From the NCBI GenBank assembly GCA_034722955.1, contig JAYEOM010000083.1, positions 1 to 12,155 on the forward strand: a DNA stretch of 12,155 nt, written 5' to 3'. Of the stretch, positions 1 to 8,397 are shown piece after piece (the stretch's first letter is position 1; each line of letters begins with the position of its first letter). The DNA comes from Campylobacterota bacterium (lineage in GTDB: Bacteria > Campylobacterota > Campylobacteria > Campylobacterales > Sulfurovaceae). Under the pieces are notes generated by a model that did not search any database, was not told the origin of the DNA, and saw nothing but the letters and a program-made list of their open reading frames with translations. The position numbers and the translations under genes were made by a program.

Positions 1-786
1 TATGGTGATGGTATGGTAGAGCATGATAGACATGTAGGGCAACTACTTGACACACTTGATAAGCTCAAAATTGCCGATAATACTTTTGTATTTTACTCAA
101 CAGATAATGGACCACATAAAAATACTTGGCCAGATGCAGGGTCAAGCCCATTCAGATCTGAGAAAAATACAAACTGGGAAGGTGGTTGGAGAGTACCTGC
201 ACTTGTAAGATGGCCAGGTGAAATCGAACCTAGAACTGTAAGTAATGGAGTCGTTCGCGGTATGGACTTCTTACCAACACTACTAAGTGTTGCAGGTAAA
301 AAAGATATGAAAGAAGATCTACTTGATGGTTATAAATCTACAGCACTTGGTAGAGACTATAAAGTTCATTTGGATGGTTATGACATGCTCGAACACTTCA
401 AGAATCCAGATAAAGTAGAAAGTCCTCGTAAGGAAGTATTCTATTTCTCAGATGATGGTGATTTGACTGCAATGCGTTATGGTCCTTGGAAACTGATATT
501 TATGGAGCAACGCGCAGTAGGGACTATGAAAGTATGGGCAAATCCGTTTACTCCATTACGTCTTCCTTTGATGCTTAATTTACGTCGTGATCCGTATGAG
601 ATCGCTCCACTCACATCAAATACATACTATGATTGGATGCTGGACCGTGCTTATCTTCTTGTCCCGGCACAAGCATATGTAGGTAAATTTTTATCGACAT
701 TCAAAGAGTATCCACCTCGTATGAAAGCTGCAACATTTTCTTTGGGCGATGCAATGGAAAAAATGACTGAAACAAGTAGTAAATAA
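1..786 (+). CDS. Arylsulfatase (sulfatase family), C-terminal part; gene starts upstream of the window
   Basis: Frame open from base 1 (YGDGMVEHD...). Sulfatase C-terminal motifs YSTDNG, PFRSEKNTNWEGGWRVP, HLDGYD, NLRRDPYE. The catalytic CxPxR motif would lie upstream and is not visible. Confidence 0.92.
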   Translation, partial: YGDGMVEHDRHVGQLLDTLDKLKIADNTFVFYSTDNGPHKNTWPDAGSSPFRSEKNTNWEGGWRVPALVRWPGEIEPRTVSNGVVRGMDFLPTLLSVAGKKDMKEDLLDGYKSTALGRDYKVHLDGYDMLEHFKNPDKVESPRKEVFYFSDDGDLTAMRYGPWKLIFMEQRAVGTMKVWANPFTPLRLPLMLNLRRDPYEIAPLTSNTYYDWMLDRAYLLVPAQAYVGKFLSTFKEYPPRMKAATFSLGDAMEKMTETSSK

Positions 787-797
787 TACACACTATT

Positions 798-860
798 TTC
801 CAAAGGATTATTCCTTTGGAATATTATATAAAGTACATTATGGTGTACTTTATATAATAT
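798..860. terminator. Two adjacent perfect inverted repeats between the sulfatase and HAD genes (terminator or mRNA stabiliser)
   Basis: TTCCAAAGGA(798-807)/TCCTTTGGAA(812-821), and ATATTATATAAAGTACA(821-837)/TGTACTTTATATAATAT(844-860). Confidence 0.6.
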
Positions 861-880
861 ACTTCATTTTAGGGAATTTC

Positions 881-1864
881 ATGCACAAAATACTACTCAC
901 ACTTGTTACACTACTTACACTCTCACTTCAGGCAACTGATACACTTCCATCATGGAACGAAGGCTCATCTAAACAATCTATTATCAAATATGTAACAACT
1001 GTTACTAAAGAAGGCAGTCCAGACTTTATCCCTAAAGTAGACCGTATCGCTGTGTTTGATAATGATGGTACACTTTGGGGTGAACAGCCTGTTTATTTTC
1101 AACTCTTTTTTGCGATGGATAGAGTAAAGCAGATGGCTTCTCAACATCCAGAGTGGAAAACAACAGAACCTTTTAAGTCTGTACTTGCCGATGATATGCA
1201 TGGTGTGATGAAGAGTGGTGAACACGGCTTACTTCGAATTGTCAATGCTACACACTCAGGTATGGATGTAGAGACCTTTCAAGAAGAGGTAAAAGCGTGG
1301 CTAAAAACAGTAAGACACCCTACATTAAACCGCCCATATACCGATTTAATCTATCAGCCAATGATGGAACTTATCTCTTATCTTGAAGCCCATGATTTTA
1401 AAGTCTATATCGTTTCTGGTGGAGGTATTGATTTTATGCGTGCGTTTATTCCTCAAAAGTATGGTATTCTCCAAGAACAGATTATTGGTTCAAGTGGGAA
1501 AGTACACTATAAAGAGGGGCAAATCATGAAAGATGCCGATATTTACTTTATAGATGATAAAGAGACAAAACCATTGGCTATTTACAGAAATATAGGTAAG
1601 CGTCCTGTAGCTGCTTTTGGTAACTCTGATGGTGATTTTGCCATGATGAAATACACCGAAGCAAATAAAAAGTATAAAACACTTCAACTCTATGTGCATC
1701 ATACAGACGATAAAAGAGAAGTAGCATATGATAGAAAGTCTCATATTGGAAAACTTGATAAAGGTTTGGATTATGGACTTAAAAATAACTGGACGATTGT
1801 GGATATGAAAAATGAATGGAAAGTGATCTATCCTTTTGAGTTAAATCCTCCAAAGAGCAAATAA
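881..1864 (+). CDS. Secreted HAD-superfamily hydrolase (non-specific acid phosphatase-like)
   Basis: Signal peptide MHKILLTLVTLLTLSLQA; HAD motif I AVFDNDGTLW, motif II YIVSGG, motif IV AFGNSDGD. Confidence 0.88.
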   Translation: MHKILLTLVTLLTLSLQATDTLPSWNEGSSKQSIIKYVTTVTKEGSPDFIPKVDRIAVFDNDGTLWGEQPVYFQLFFAMDRVKQMASQHPEWKTTEPFKSVLADDMHGVMKSGEHGLLRIVNATHSGMDVETFQEEVKAWLKTVRHPTLNRPYTDLIYQPMMELISYLEAHDFKVYIVSGGGIDFMRAFIPQKYGILQEQIIGSSGKVHYKEGQIMKDADIYFIDDKETKPLAIYRNIGKRPVAAFGNSDGDFAMMKYTEANKKYKTLQLYVHHTDDKREVAYDRKSHIGKLDKGLDYGLKNNWTIVDMKNEWKVIYPFELNPPKSK

Positions 1865-1978
1865 GATTAGCTCCTACGCACTCTTTAGATTATACAGATA
1901 GGTAGGGTGAAAGTAGGCTGTCGAAAAACAGACTCTAACCAAACTTTTCTATTTCTGATTTTTGGATTGTACAAAGTT

Positions 1979-2032
1979 GTAGGGTGGGAGTATCCCACCA
2001 TTTGTAACGATTGGTGAGATACTCTCACCCTA
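1979..2032. repeat. REPIN-like doublet 1 (two inverted GTAG-type REP hairpins)
   Basis: GTAG-GGTGGGA-GTA-TCCCACC-A (1979-2000) and inverted copy TGGTGAGATACTCTCACCCTA (2012-2032); each arm is its own 7-bp hairpin; same family recurs at 5008-5072. Confidence 0.8.
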
Positions 2033-2112
2033 GCAGTTTGCAACATGCGGGTTAAATAGTCTCATCAACACCATGAGTGTACAACATCAGAAAGTAATTC
2101 AAAACAATAGTG

Positions 2113-2179
2113 ACAATTTGCTATAGATATAAGTTTCTAAATAGTAACTATAGTATAATACTGGACAAATTGTGAGGAG
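2113..2179 (+). promoter_or_regulatory. Putative sigma70 promoter and RBS of the methyltransferase gene
   Basis: TATAAT at 2154-2159 in AT-rich context; GAGGAG at 2174-2179; inverted repeat ACAATTTG(2113-2120)/CAAATTGT(2166-2173). Confidence 0.55.
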
Positions 2180-2184
2180 TATAG

Positions 2185-3261
2185 ATGAGTAAACTACTAT
2201 CTATTGAGAAACTATCTAAGAGCAAAAAACCTTATCAGAGTATAGAACTTTTTGCTGGAGCAGGAGGGTTAGCATTGGGATTGGAGCGAGCAGGGGTGCA
2301 ACACCTCCTACTCAATGATTTTGATCGTCACGCTACAGATACTCTCAAGCACAATCGCCCACAATGGAATGTAGTCTGTGGTGATGTCGCAGAGATAGAC
2401 TTCGTACCCTACAAATACCGAGTTGATCTCCTCACAGGTGGCTTTCCTTGTCAATCATTCTCTTATGCAGGCAAAAAGAGGGGTTTAGAAGATACGAGAG
2501 GTACGCTCTTTTATGAGTTTGCTAGGGCATTAGAGGAGTCCCAACCAAAAGTTTTTCTCGCAGAGAATGTCAGAGGATTGCTAAGCCATGACACTGGAGC
2601 CACACTGCAAACAATGGTCGATGTCTTTCAATCGATGGGCTACCATGTATTGGAACCCAAGATACTCAAAGCCATCCACTACCGTGTCCCTCAGAAACGC
2701 GAACGACTCTTTATCGTAGGTATCAAAAACGAGTATGCACCCTATGTTACATTTGCATGGCCCAAAGCTCACGATACTATCTACACACTCAAAGACGCAC
2801 TCAAAAAGGGAGAACTCTACCCTCAAGATGTAGAAGATTCAGCAGGGCAAAACTACCCTGAAAAAAAGAGAAAGGTATTGGAGCTTGTCCCCCCTGGTGG
2901 ATACTGGAGAGACCTTCCCGAAGATATACAAAAAGAGTATATGATGAAGAGCTACTATCTCGGTGGTGGCAAGACAGGTATCGCTAGACGCATATCTTGG
3001 GATGAACCAAGCTTGACACTCACCTGCTCCCCTGCTCAGAAACAGACAGAGCGATGCCACCCTGACGAGACGCGTCCCTTTCAGATGCGTGAGTATGCAC
3101 GAATACAGACCTTCCCTGATGAGTGGAAATTTGCAGGACCTCTAACACAGCAATACAAGCAGATAGGTAATGCCGTCCCTGTCAATCTATCCTATGCTAT
3201 AGGACAATCCCTCATCAAAGTTTTAAATGCCATTGAGGAGATAGAAGATGTTGCGTTATAG
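2185..3261 (+). CDS. dcm: DNA (cytosine-5)-methyltransferase, Eco47II/Sau96I-like (likely GGNCC, possibly GGWCC)
   Basis: Motif I ELFAGAGG, IV GGFPCQSFS, VI AENVRGL, VIII PQKRERLF, IX/X REYARIQTFPD...QIGNAVP; TRD GGGKTGIARRISWDEPSLTLTCSPAQKQTERCHP resembles GGNCC MTases. Confidence 0.95.
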   Translation: MSKLLSIEKLSKSKKPYQSIELFAGAGGLALGLERAGVQHLLLNDFDRHATDTLKHNRPQWNVVCGDVAEIDFVPYKYRVDLLTGGFPCQSFSYAGKKRGLEDTRGTLFYEFARALEESQPKVFLAENVRGLLSHDTGATLQTMVDVFQSMGYHVLEPKILKAIHYRVPQKRERLFIVGIKNEYAPYVTFAWPKAHDTIYTLKDALKKGELYPQDVEDSAGQNYPEKKRKVLELVPPGGYWRDLPEDIQKEYMMKSYYLGGGKTGIARRISWDEPSLTLTCSPAQKQTERCHPDETRPFQMREYARIQTFPDEWKFAGPLTQQYKQIGNAVPVNLSYAIGQSLIKVLNAIEEIEDVAL

Positions 3262-4018
3262 TTTAGGGTTCATTAGTGATGAGGATCTTTTTGCTCATGT
3301 CAAAGAGACCGTAGAGAAATATCGCTTTCGTATTGATTTAAAAAAGTTTAATAAGAATCTTATCGACCCAATTAAGCTGACTTTTGATAGTAAAATTTAT
3401 GCGAAACCACTTGATGAGATCATTGAGTCAGAAATCATTCGTCAAATGGACAAATCAAATACCAACCATATTGGTTATTTTCATCAAAATATTTTTCGTT
3501 ATATCAGTGAAGATTGGGAAGTGCCTTCACAAGGCTTTGACCTCATTAATAAAAAAGAAAAAATCTATGTAGAGATGAAAAATAAACACAATACTATGAA
3601 CTCATCTTCTGCACAAAAAACTTATATAGCCATGCAGAGTATGATACTCAAAGGAGCAGATATAGAGTGCTATCTTGTAGAGGTAATCGCCAAAAAGAGT
3701 CAAAATACTCCTTGGAAAATCAGTCTCAATAGTGAGCCATACTCTCATGACAATATTCGTCGTCTCTCCATTGATAAATTTTATGAAGTTGTCACAGGCA
3801 AAGAGGATGCTTTCAAAAACTTATGTGAAGTATTGCCACAAGTACTCGATGATGTCATCTCTCAAGTTGCAGTAGATACAATAGACAATAGTGTATTTCA
3901 AGAGCTTGAAAGTATTTCACCCAATCTTTTGAAAAGTCTCTATCTGCTCTCATTTAGTAAATATAATGGATTTGAAAATTTCCACCTAGAAACCCCTACA
4001 CAAAAGGAACATATATGA
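3248..4018 (+). CDS. Type II restriction endonuclease, Eco47II family
   Basis: Overlaps the MTase 3' end by 14 nt; RBS GAGGAG 3235-3240; family-like motifs IDPIKLTFD, RQMDKSNTNHIGYFHQN and PD-(D/E)xK-type GFD...YVEMKNKHNTMNSSS. Confidence 0.88.
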   Translation: MLRYSLGFISDEDLFAHVKETVEKYRFRIDLKKFNKNLIDPIKLTFDSKIYAKPLDEIIESEIIRQMDKSNTNHIGYFHQNIFRYISEDWEVPSQGFDLINKKEKIYVEMKNKHNTMNSSSAQKTYIAMQSMILKGADIECYLVEVIAKKSQNTPWKISLNSEPYSHDNIRRLSIDKFYEVVTGKEDAFKNLCEVLPQVLDDVISQVAVDTIDNSVFQELESISPNLLKSLYLLSFSKYNGFENFHLETPTQKEHI

Positions 4019-4995
4019 CAGCACACCAATCCATCCAACAACTCCAAAAACAGATGAACGCCTCTATCATAGGTCAAGAGAATATCGTAGAACGCCTCAT
4101 CATCGGACTGCTTGCCAATGGCAATCTCTTAGTAGAGGGACTCCCAGGGCTTGCCAAGACGCGTGCTGTTCGTGCGATGTCCAAGAGTATAGAGTCTGAC
4201 TTCTCTCGTATACAGTTCACCCCTGACCTACTCCCCTCTGATGTGACAGGAAGCGAAAATATGTACGAAGAGAACGGAGAGTATAAGTTCCGCTTTGAAG
4301 AGGGACCGATATTTGGTAATGTTATCCTCGCTGATGAGATCAACAGAGCCCCAGCCAAAGTCCAAGCAGCGATGCTAGAGGCGATGGAGGAGCGACAAGT
4401 CACCGTAGCAGGGAAGACACATAAACTTCCTGAACTTTTCATCGTCATGGCGACACAAAACCCAGTCGAACAAGAGGGAACTTATCCACTGCCTGAAGCA
4501 CAAAAAGATAGATTTTTGATGCATGTAAACATCACTTATCCAGATGCAGCATCAGAGCTAGCAGTGCTTGATCTCGTACGCACTGAAAAGAGTCGCAAAA
4601 ACACAACAGAGGCAAAAAAGGAGGAGCAGAAACTGACTCAATCTCTCATCTTTGATGCTAGAGAAGAGATAGATGCGATAGATAGCTCTGATATGGTCAA
4701 GCAGTATGTCATAGACCTAGTCTTTGCCACTCGCTACCCTGAGAAGTACAACGATGAGTTGGCATCACTCATAGATATAGGTGTCAGCCCAAGAGCTTCT
4801 CTAGCCCTAGAGCAGTGTTCGCGAGTCTATGCATGGATGCAAGGACGCACACACACTACCCCTGAGGATGTGCGTGCAGTAGTGCATGATATATTCAGAC
4901 ACCGTATCACCCCAAGCTACACAGCCCAAGCCCAGAGAGTATCCAATGATGATATTGTGGATAAGGTTATATCATTGGTGGCTCTTCCTGCGTAG
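4015..4995 (+). CDS. moxR: MoxR family AAA+ ATPase
   Basis: Walker A EGLPGLAKT, RIQFTPDLLPSD, Walker B ILADEINRAP, ATQNPVEQEGTYPLPEAQKDRF, GVSPRA. Confidence 0.96.
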   Translation: MTAHQSIQQLQKQMNASIIGQENIVERLIIGLLANGNLLVEGLPGLAKTRAVRAMSKSIESDFSRIQFTPDLLPSDVTGSENMYEENGEYKFRFEEGPIFGNVILADEINRAPAKVQAAMLEAMEERQVTVAGKTHKLPELFIVMATQNPVEQEGTYPLPEAQKDRFLMHVNITYPDAASELAVLDLVRTEKSRKNTTEAKKEEQKLTQSLIFDAREEIDAIDSSDMVKQYVIDLVFATRYPEKYNDELASLIDIGVSPRASLALEQCSRVYAWMQGRTHTTPEDVRAVVHDIFRHRITPSYTAQAQRVSNDDIVDKVISLVALPA

Positions 4996-5007
4996 GTGTA
5001 TACTATT

Positions 5008-5072
5008 GTAGGGTGGGAGGATCCCACCACTTTATGTCGTTAAGTTACAATGGTGGGATGCTCCCACCCTAC
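5008..5072. repeat. REPIN-like doublet 2 (two inverted GTAG-type REP hairpins)
   Basis: GTAGGGTGGGAGGATCCCACCA (5008-5029) and TGGTGGGATGCTCCCACCCTAC (5051-5072); 21/22 complementary, 21-nt spacer. Confidence 0.85.
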
Positions 5073-5085
5073 CCATTGGAGAAGG

Positions 5086-6054
5086 ATGAGAGTGAAACCA
5101 AATAACATAGAAAATAATAGAGACCAAGAAGGCATCTACATCACTCTTGATGAGCTAGTGAAGTTTCGCTATTTTGCCAAGGGTTTTAGCTTTTTGCCTA
5201 CTCAGCCTGTACACTCTATCCTAAGTGGACGGCAGTCGTCCAAGATGCGTGGTAGAGGGATGGATTTTGCGGAGATGAAGCAGTTTGTTCAGGGTGATGA
5301 TACGCGTAATATCGACTGGAAAGCTACCCGTCGCACAGGCAAGACCTATATCCGTGTTTTTGATGAAGAGCGAGACCGTAGGGTTTGGATACTCATATCT
5401 CAGCGAAACTCTATGTTTTTTGGCACAAAAGAGCGGATGAAATCTGTCGCAGCAGCTCACCTAATGGCTCTAGCCTCCTACCGTGTACTAGACTCTGGAG
5501 ATAGAGTAGGTGCTATCGTCTACAACGACACAGATATGAAGTTTTTCAAAGCACAGCGAAGCCAACAGGGGCTTATGCAAATATTTGAGGAGCTAGTGAG
5601 ACAAAACAGAGCATTGAACAAAACTCAAACCCAAGATGAAAACAGCCAACTCAACAAAGCACTGCAACATATCTCAGCAGTCGCCAAACATGATGACCTC
5701 ATACTAATCATCGGTGATGGCAGAGGAGCAGATGAACAAAGCATTGAGTATGTCACTTCGCTCAATATGCACAATGATGTGATATTTGCTCATATCTATG
5801 ACCCTATGGAGCAGTCACTTCCTAGTGGCTCTTCACTCTTTTTGAGTGATGGCGAGAGGGCTTTGGATGTAGATATCAGTGATAGCAAGTTCCAGAGTCG
5901 CTTTGCAGCGATACTCCAAGAGCGAAAAGAGCGACTGCAAAACCTCTCACGCAAACAGGCTCTAGCTCTGCTCTCTATCTCCACAGCCCAGCCAGTCCTA
6001 GACCAAGTGATGGAACAACTAGGACATGCACTCTCAACAAAGAGGAGAGGATAA
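5086..6054 (+). CDS. DUF58 domain protein (MoxR-associated, VWA-like)
   Basis: SKMRGRGMDFAEMKQFVQGDDTRNIDWKATRR...RVFDEERDR and GDRVGAIV motifs. Start moved from 5050 (inside the REP) to ATG 5086 after GGAG 5078-5081. Confidence 0.92.
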   Translation: MRVKPNNIENNRDQEGIYITLDELVKFRYFAKGFSFLPTQPVHSILSGRQSSKMRGRGMDFAEMKQFVQGDDTRNIDWKATRRTGKTYIRVFDEERDRRVWILISQRNSMFFGTKERMKSVAAAHLMALASYRVLDSGDRVGAIVYNDTDMKFFKAQRSQQGLMQIFEELVRQNRALNKTQTQDENSQLNKALQHISAVAKHDDLILIIGDGRGADEQSIEYVTSLNMHNDVIFAHIYDPMEQSLPSGSSLFLSDGERALDVDISDSKFQSRFAAILQERKERLQNLSRKQALALLSISTAQPVLDQVMEQLGHALSTKRRG

Positions 6055-6057
6055 GAT

Positions 6058-6552
6058 ATGCCAGATATAAATAGTACAGAAAATAACGCTTCACTTGACC
6101 TCCTCCAAGACATCATAGTCCCCCCAGCCATAGAGTATCTCCCCCCTGCATTAGGATGGATAGCAGTGATGCTTCTGCTCGCTGCGTATGGGTTCTACTG
6201 GTATAGCAAGAGAAGAGCAGCGTACAAATCAAACCTCTACCGCCGTCAAGCACTCGCCCAGCTAGAGACGATCCAAAGCAGTGGGACGCTTGTGGAGCAG
6301 TCACACTCTATGCTCTTGCTTATCAAACGCGTGGCACTCCAGCACTTTGGACGAAAGAGTGTAGCGACTCTGAGCGGAGATGATTGGTGGGATTTTGTAG
6401 AACAACACTCCAACCTATCCATAGATACCACAGAGCAAAAACTCTACCAAGAGCTACTCTATACCCCCAACCCATCTATCACCAAAGAGCAGAGGGATGC
6501 TCTGGCTAGAGTGACTAAGGTATGGATAGAGAGTCACAAATCAAAAGATTGA
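6058..6552 (+). CDS. DUF4381-like membrane-anchored protein of MoxR/Bat operons
   Basis: LQDIIVPPAIEYLPPALGW, one TM segment, YRRQALAQL, LLIKRVAL, VATLSGDDW, WIESH; canonical position after DUF58. Confidence 0.85.
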   Translation: MPDINSTENNASLDLLQDIIVPPAIEYLPPALGWIAVMLLLAAYGFYWYSKRRAAYKSNLYRRQALAQLETIQSSGTLVEQSHSMLLLIKRVALQHFGRKSVATLSGDDWWDFVEQHSNLSIDTTEQKLYQELLYTPNPSITKEQRDALARVTKVWIESHKSKD

Positions 6553-6583
6553 TTAGAAAGAAATCAGACAGAAGGTATATACA

Positions 6584-7696
6584 ATGTCACAAATAAAAAG
6601 TTTATCATTAAGTGGGTTCAAAACTATCAAAGAGTTAAAAGAGCTGGAGTTTGAAAAGGTTAATATATTTATAGGTGCAAATGGTAGTGGTAAAAGTAAT
6701 ATTGTCTCTTTTTTTGAAATGATAAGTTTTATGATGAGAGATGCTTTCTCGAACTATGTCAGTAGTAATGGTTTCGCCTCATCAATGCTCTACCATGGAC
6801 AGAAAGCTACACAAGATATAGAAGCAGATATCAAATTTCACGCTAATACTGGAGAGAGTGATTATCAGTTTCGAGTTTCACATACAGTAGGTGATACTTT
6901 TCTTTTCATGGAAGAGACCATTATATATCAAAAAAGTGATACCAATACCCCCTATGAATTAGCTCTATCAGGTGGAGGTTATAGAGAGACAAAACTTAAG
7001 GATCTTTACCATACAAATCAAACAGTCAGATATATTAAAGATCTCCTATCGAATATTCGTGTTTTTCATTTCCATGATACTTCAAAAACAGCATATATAC
7101 ACCAAGCTAGCCCCGTAGAAAGTAACTCTGGATTGATGAGTGATGGAGGTAATTTGGCTCCATTTCTCTATAGATTGAGTGAGAGTCAACCCAAGTATTA
7201 TGATAGAATCATCTCCTTTATCAAGATGGTTGCACCATTTTTTGATAATTTTATCTTAAAACCTTATAGAGATAGTATCCAACTAAAATTTAAAGAGCTA
7301 AACTCTGATTTGGAGCTAGGTAGCTTTAGATTATCTGATGGAACGATACGGTACATATGTTTGGCTACTCTACTTTTGCAGCCAAAGCAGACTCTTCCAG
7401 AGATTATTATTATAGATGAGCCTGAGCTTGGACTACATCCTGTAGCTATAGATATCCTAGCAGAGATGATCAATATAGCTTCTACAAATTCACAAATCTT
7501 TATCACTACACAATCAGAGCGACTTATCAATAGTTTTGAACCCAAAAATATTATTGTTATAGATAGAAAAAAAGATGAAAATGGTCGATATCATAGTTCA
7601 TTTCAAAAATTAAATAGAGAGAACTTATCAGAGTGGTTAGAGGAGTATAAAATTTCAGATATGTGGAATAGTAATATCATAGGTGGCAGACCATGA
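6584..7696 (+). CDS. ABC-type (AAA_21/RecF-SMC-like) ATPase, putative defence component
   Basis: Walker A IGANGSGKSN, DGGNLA, signature LSDGT, Walker B/D-loop IIIDEPELGLHP, switch ITTQS; visibly more AT-rich than flanking bat genes. Confidence 0.9.
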   Translation: MSQIKSLSLSGFKTIKELKELEFEKVNIFIGANGSGKSNIVSFFEMISFMMRDAFSNYVSSNGFASSMLYHGQKATQDIEADIKFHANTGESDYQFRVSHTVGDTFLFMEETIIYQKSDTNTPYELALSGGGYRETKLKDLYHTNQTVRYIKDLLSNIRVFHFHDTSKTAYIHQASPVESNSGLMSDGGNLAPFLYRLSESQPKYYDRIISFIKMVAPFFDNFILKPYRDSIQLKFKELNSDLELGSFRLSDGTIRYICLATLLLQPKQTLPEIIIIDEPELGLHPVAIDILAEMINIASTNSQIFITTQSERLINSFEPKNIIVIDRKKDENGRYHSSFQKLNRENLSEWLEEYKISDMWNSNIIGGRP

Positions 7697-8397
7697 TAAA
7701 TCTCTATATCATAGTTGAGGGTCCATCTGAAGAGAAGTTTATCAAAGAGATATTGGCTCCTTACTTTGCAAATAAAAATATCTTTTTGCATGCAGAGTGT
7801 GTTATCACAGGGAAAAACAGTCAAGGAAAAGCATGTAAGGGCGGTGGGTCAAGCTACGAATACTATAAAAATCATATCTCCAAACGAATAAAACAGTTTA
7901 AAAATAGTGAGAATTATTACTTTTCTACAATGATTGACTTCTATGCACTTCCAAAAGACTTCCCAAAGCTAGAAGAGTCAAAAAATATAGAGAATAGATA
8001 TAAACAAATTAAATTTTTAGAAGAGGCTTTTGAGAGTGATATACAATCCAAAAGATTTATTCCATATTTGCAGTTGCATGAGTTTGAAACACTTCTTTTT
8101 GTGAATCCTAGTGCTATAGTAGAGTGCTATTTTGATATAGATAGTGGTAAATTACTTGATAAAATCAAGAAAGATATAGAGAGTTATGACAATATCGAAA
8201 TGATAAATAGCTCTGAACATAATGCTCCCTCTAAAAGATTGGATAGATATACCGATGGTAACTATTGCAACAGAAAAGTGAGTTCTAGCTTTTCTATTTT
8301 AAAAGATATAAATATAGAAAGCATCAAAGAGAGCTGTAGACATTTTAACGATTGGATAGAGAGTATTGAGAGCATAAGTACGAGGAGAGAACAATGA
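7693..8397 (+). CDS. DUF4276-like (TOPRIM-type) putative nuclease, partner of the ATPase
   Basis: IIVEGPSEEKF, KGGG, TMIDFYALPKDFP, FIPYLQLHEFETLLF, APSKRL, CRHFNDW; ATGA overlap with the ATPase gene. Confidence 0.82.
   Translation: MINLYIIVEGPSEEKFIKEILAPYFANKNIFLHAECVITGKNSQGKACKGGGSSYEYYKNHISKRIKQFKNSENYYFSTMIDFYALPKDFPKLEESKNIENRYKQIKFLEEAFESDIQSKRFIPYLQLHEFETLLFVNPSAIVECYFDIDSGKLLDKIKKDIESYDNIEMINSSEHNAPSKRLDRYTDGNYCNRKVSSSFSILKDINIESIKESCRHFNDWIESIESISTRREQ

Noticed and set aside
1952..2094. Outer imperfect inverted repeat (TTTCTGAT...TTGTACA / TGTACAA.ATCAGAAA) around REPIN 1
   Set aside because: Needs a multi-base indel and is not present around REPIN 2; too weak to call a MITE.
1830..4018. 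Possible duplication of the HAD 3' end at the REase tail
   Set aside because: Only vague A/C-rich similarity; no convincing exact repeat.
1979..5072. REP doublets as CRISPR repeats, attC sites or IS ends
   Set aside because: No regular repeat-spacer array, no RYYYAAC/GTTRRRY ends, and no transposase or target duplication seen.
5050..5085. Longer DUF58 start MVGCSHPTHWRR
   Set aside because: It is the translation of the REP arm; ATG 5086 has a better RBS.
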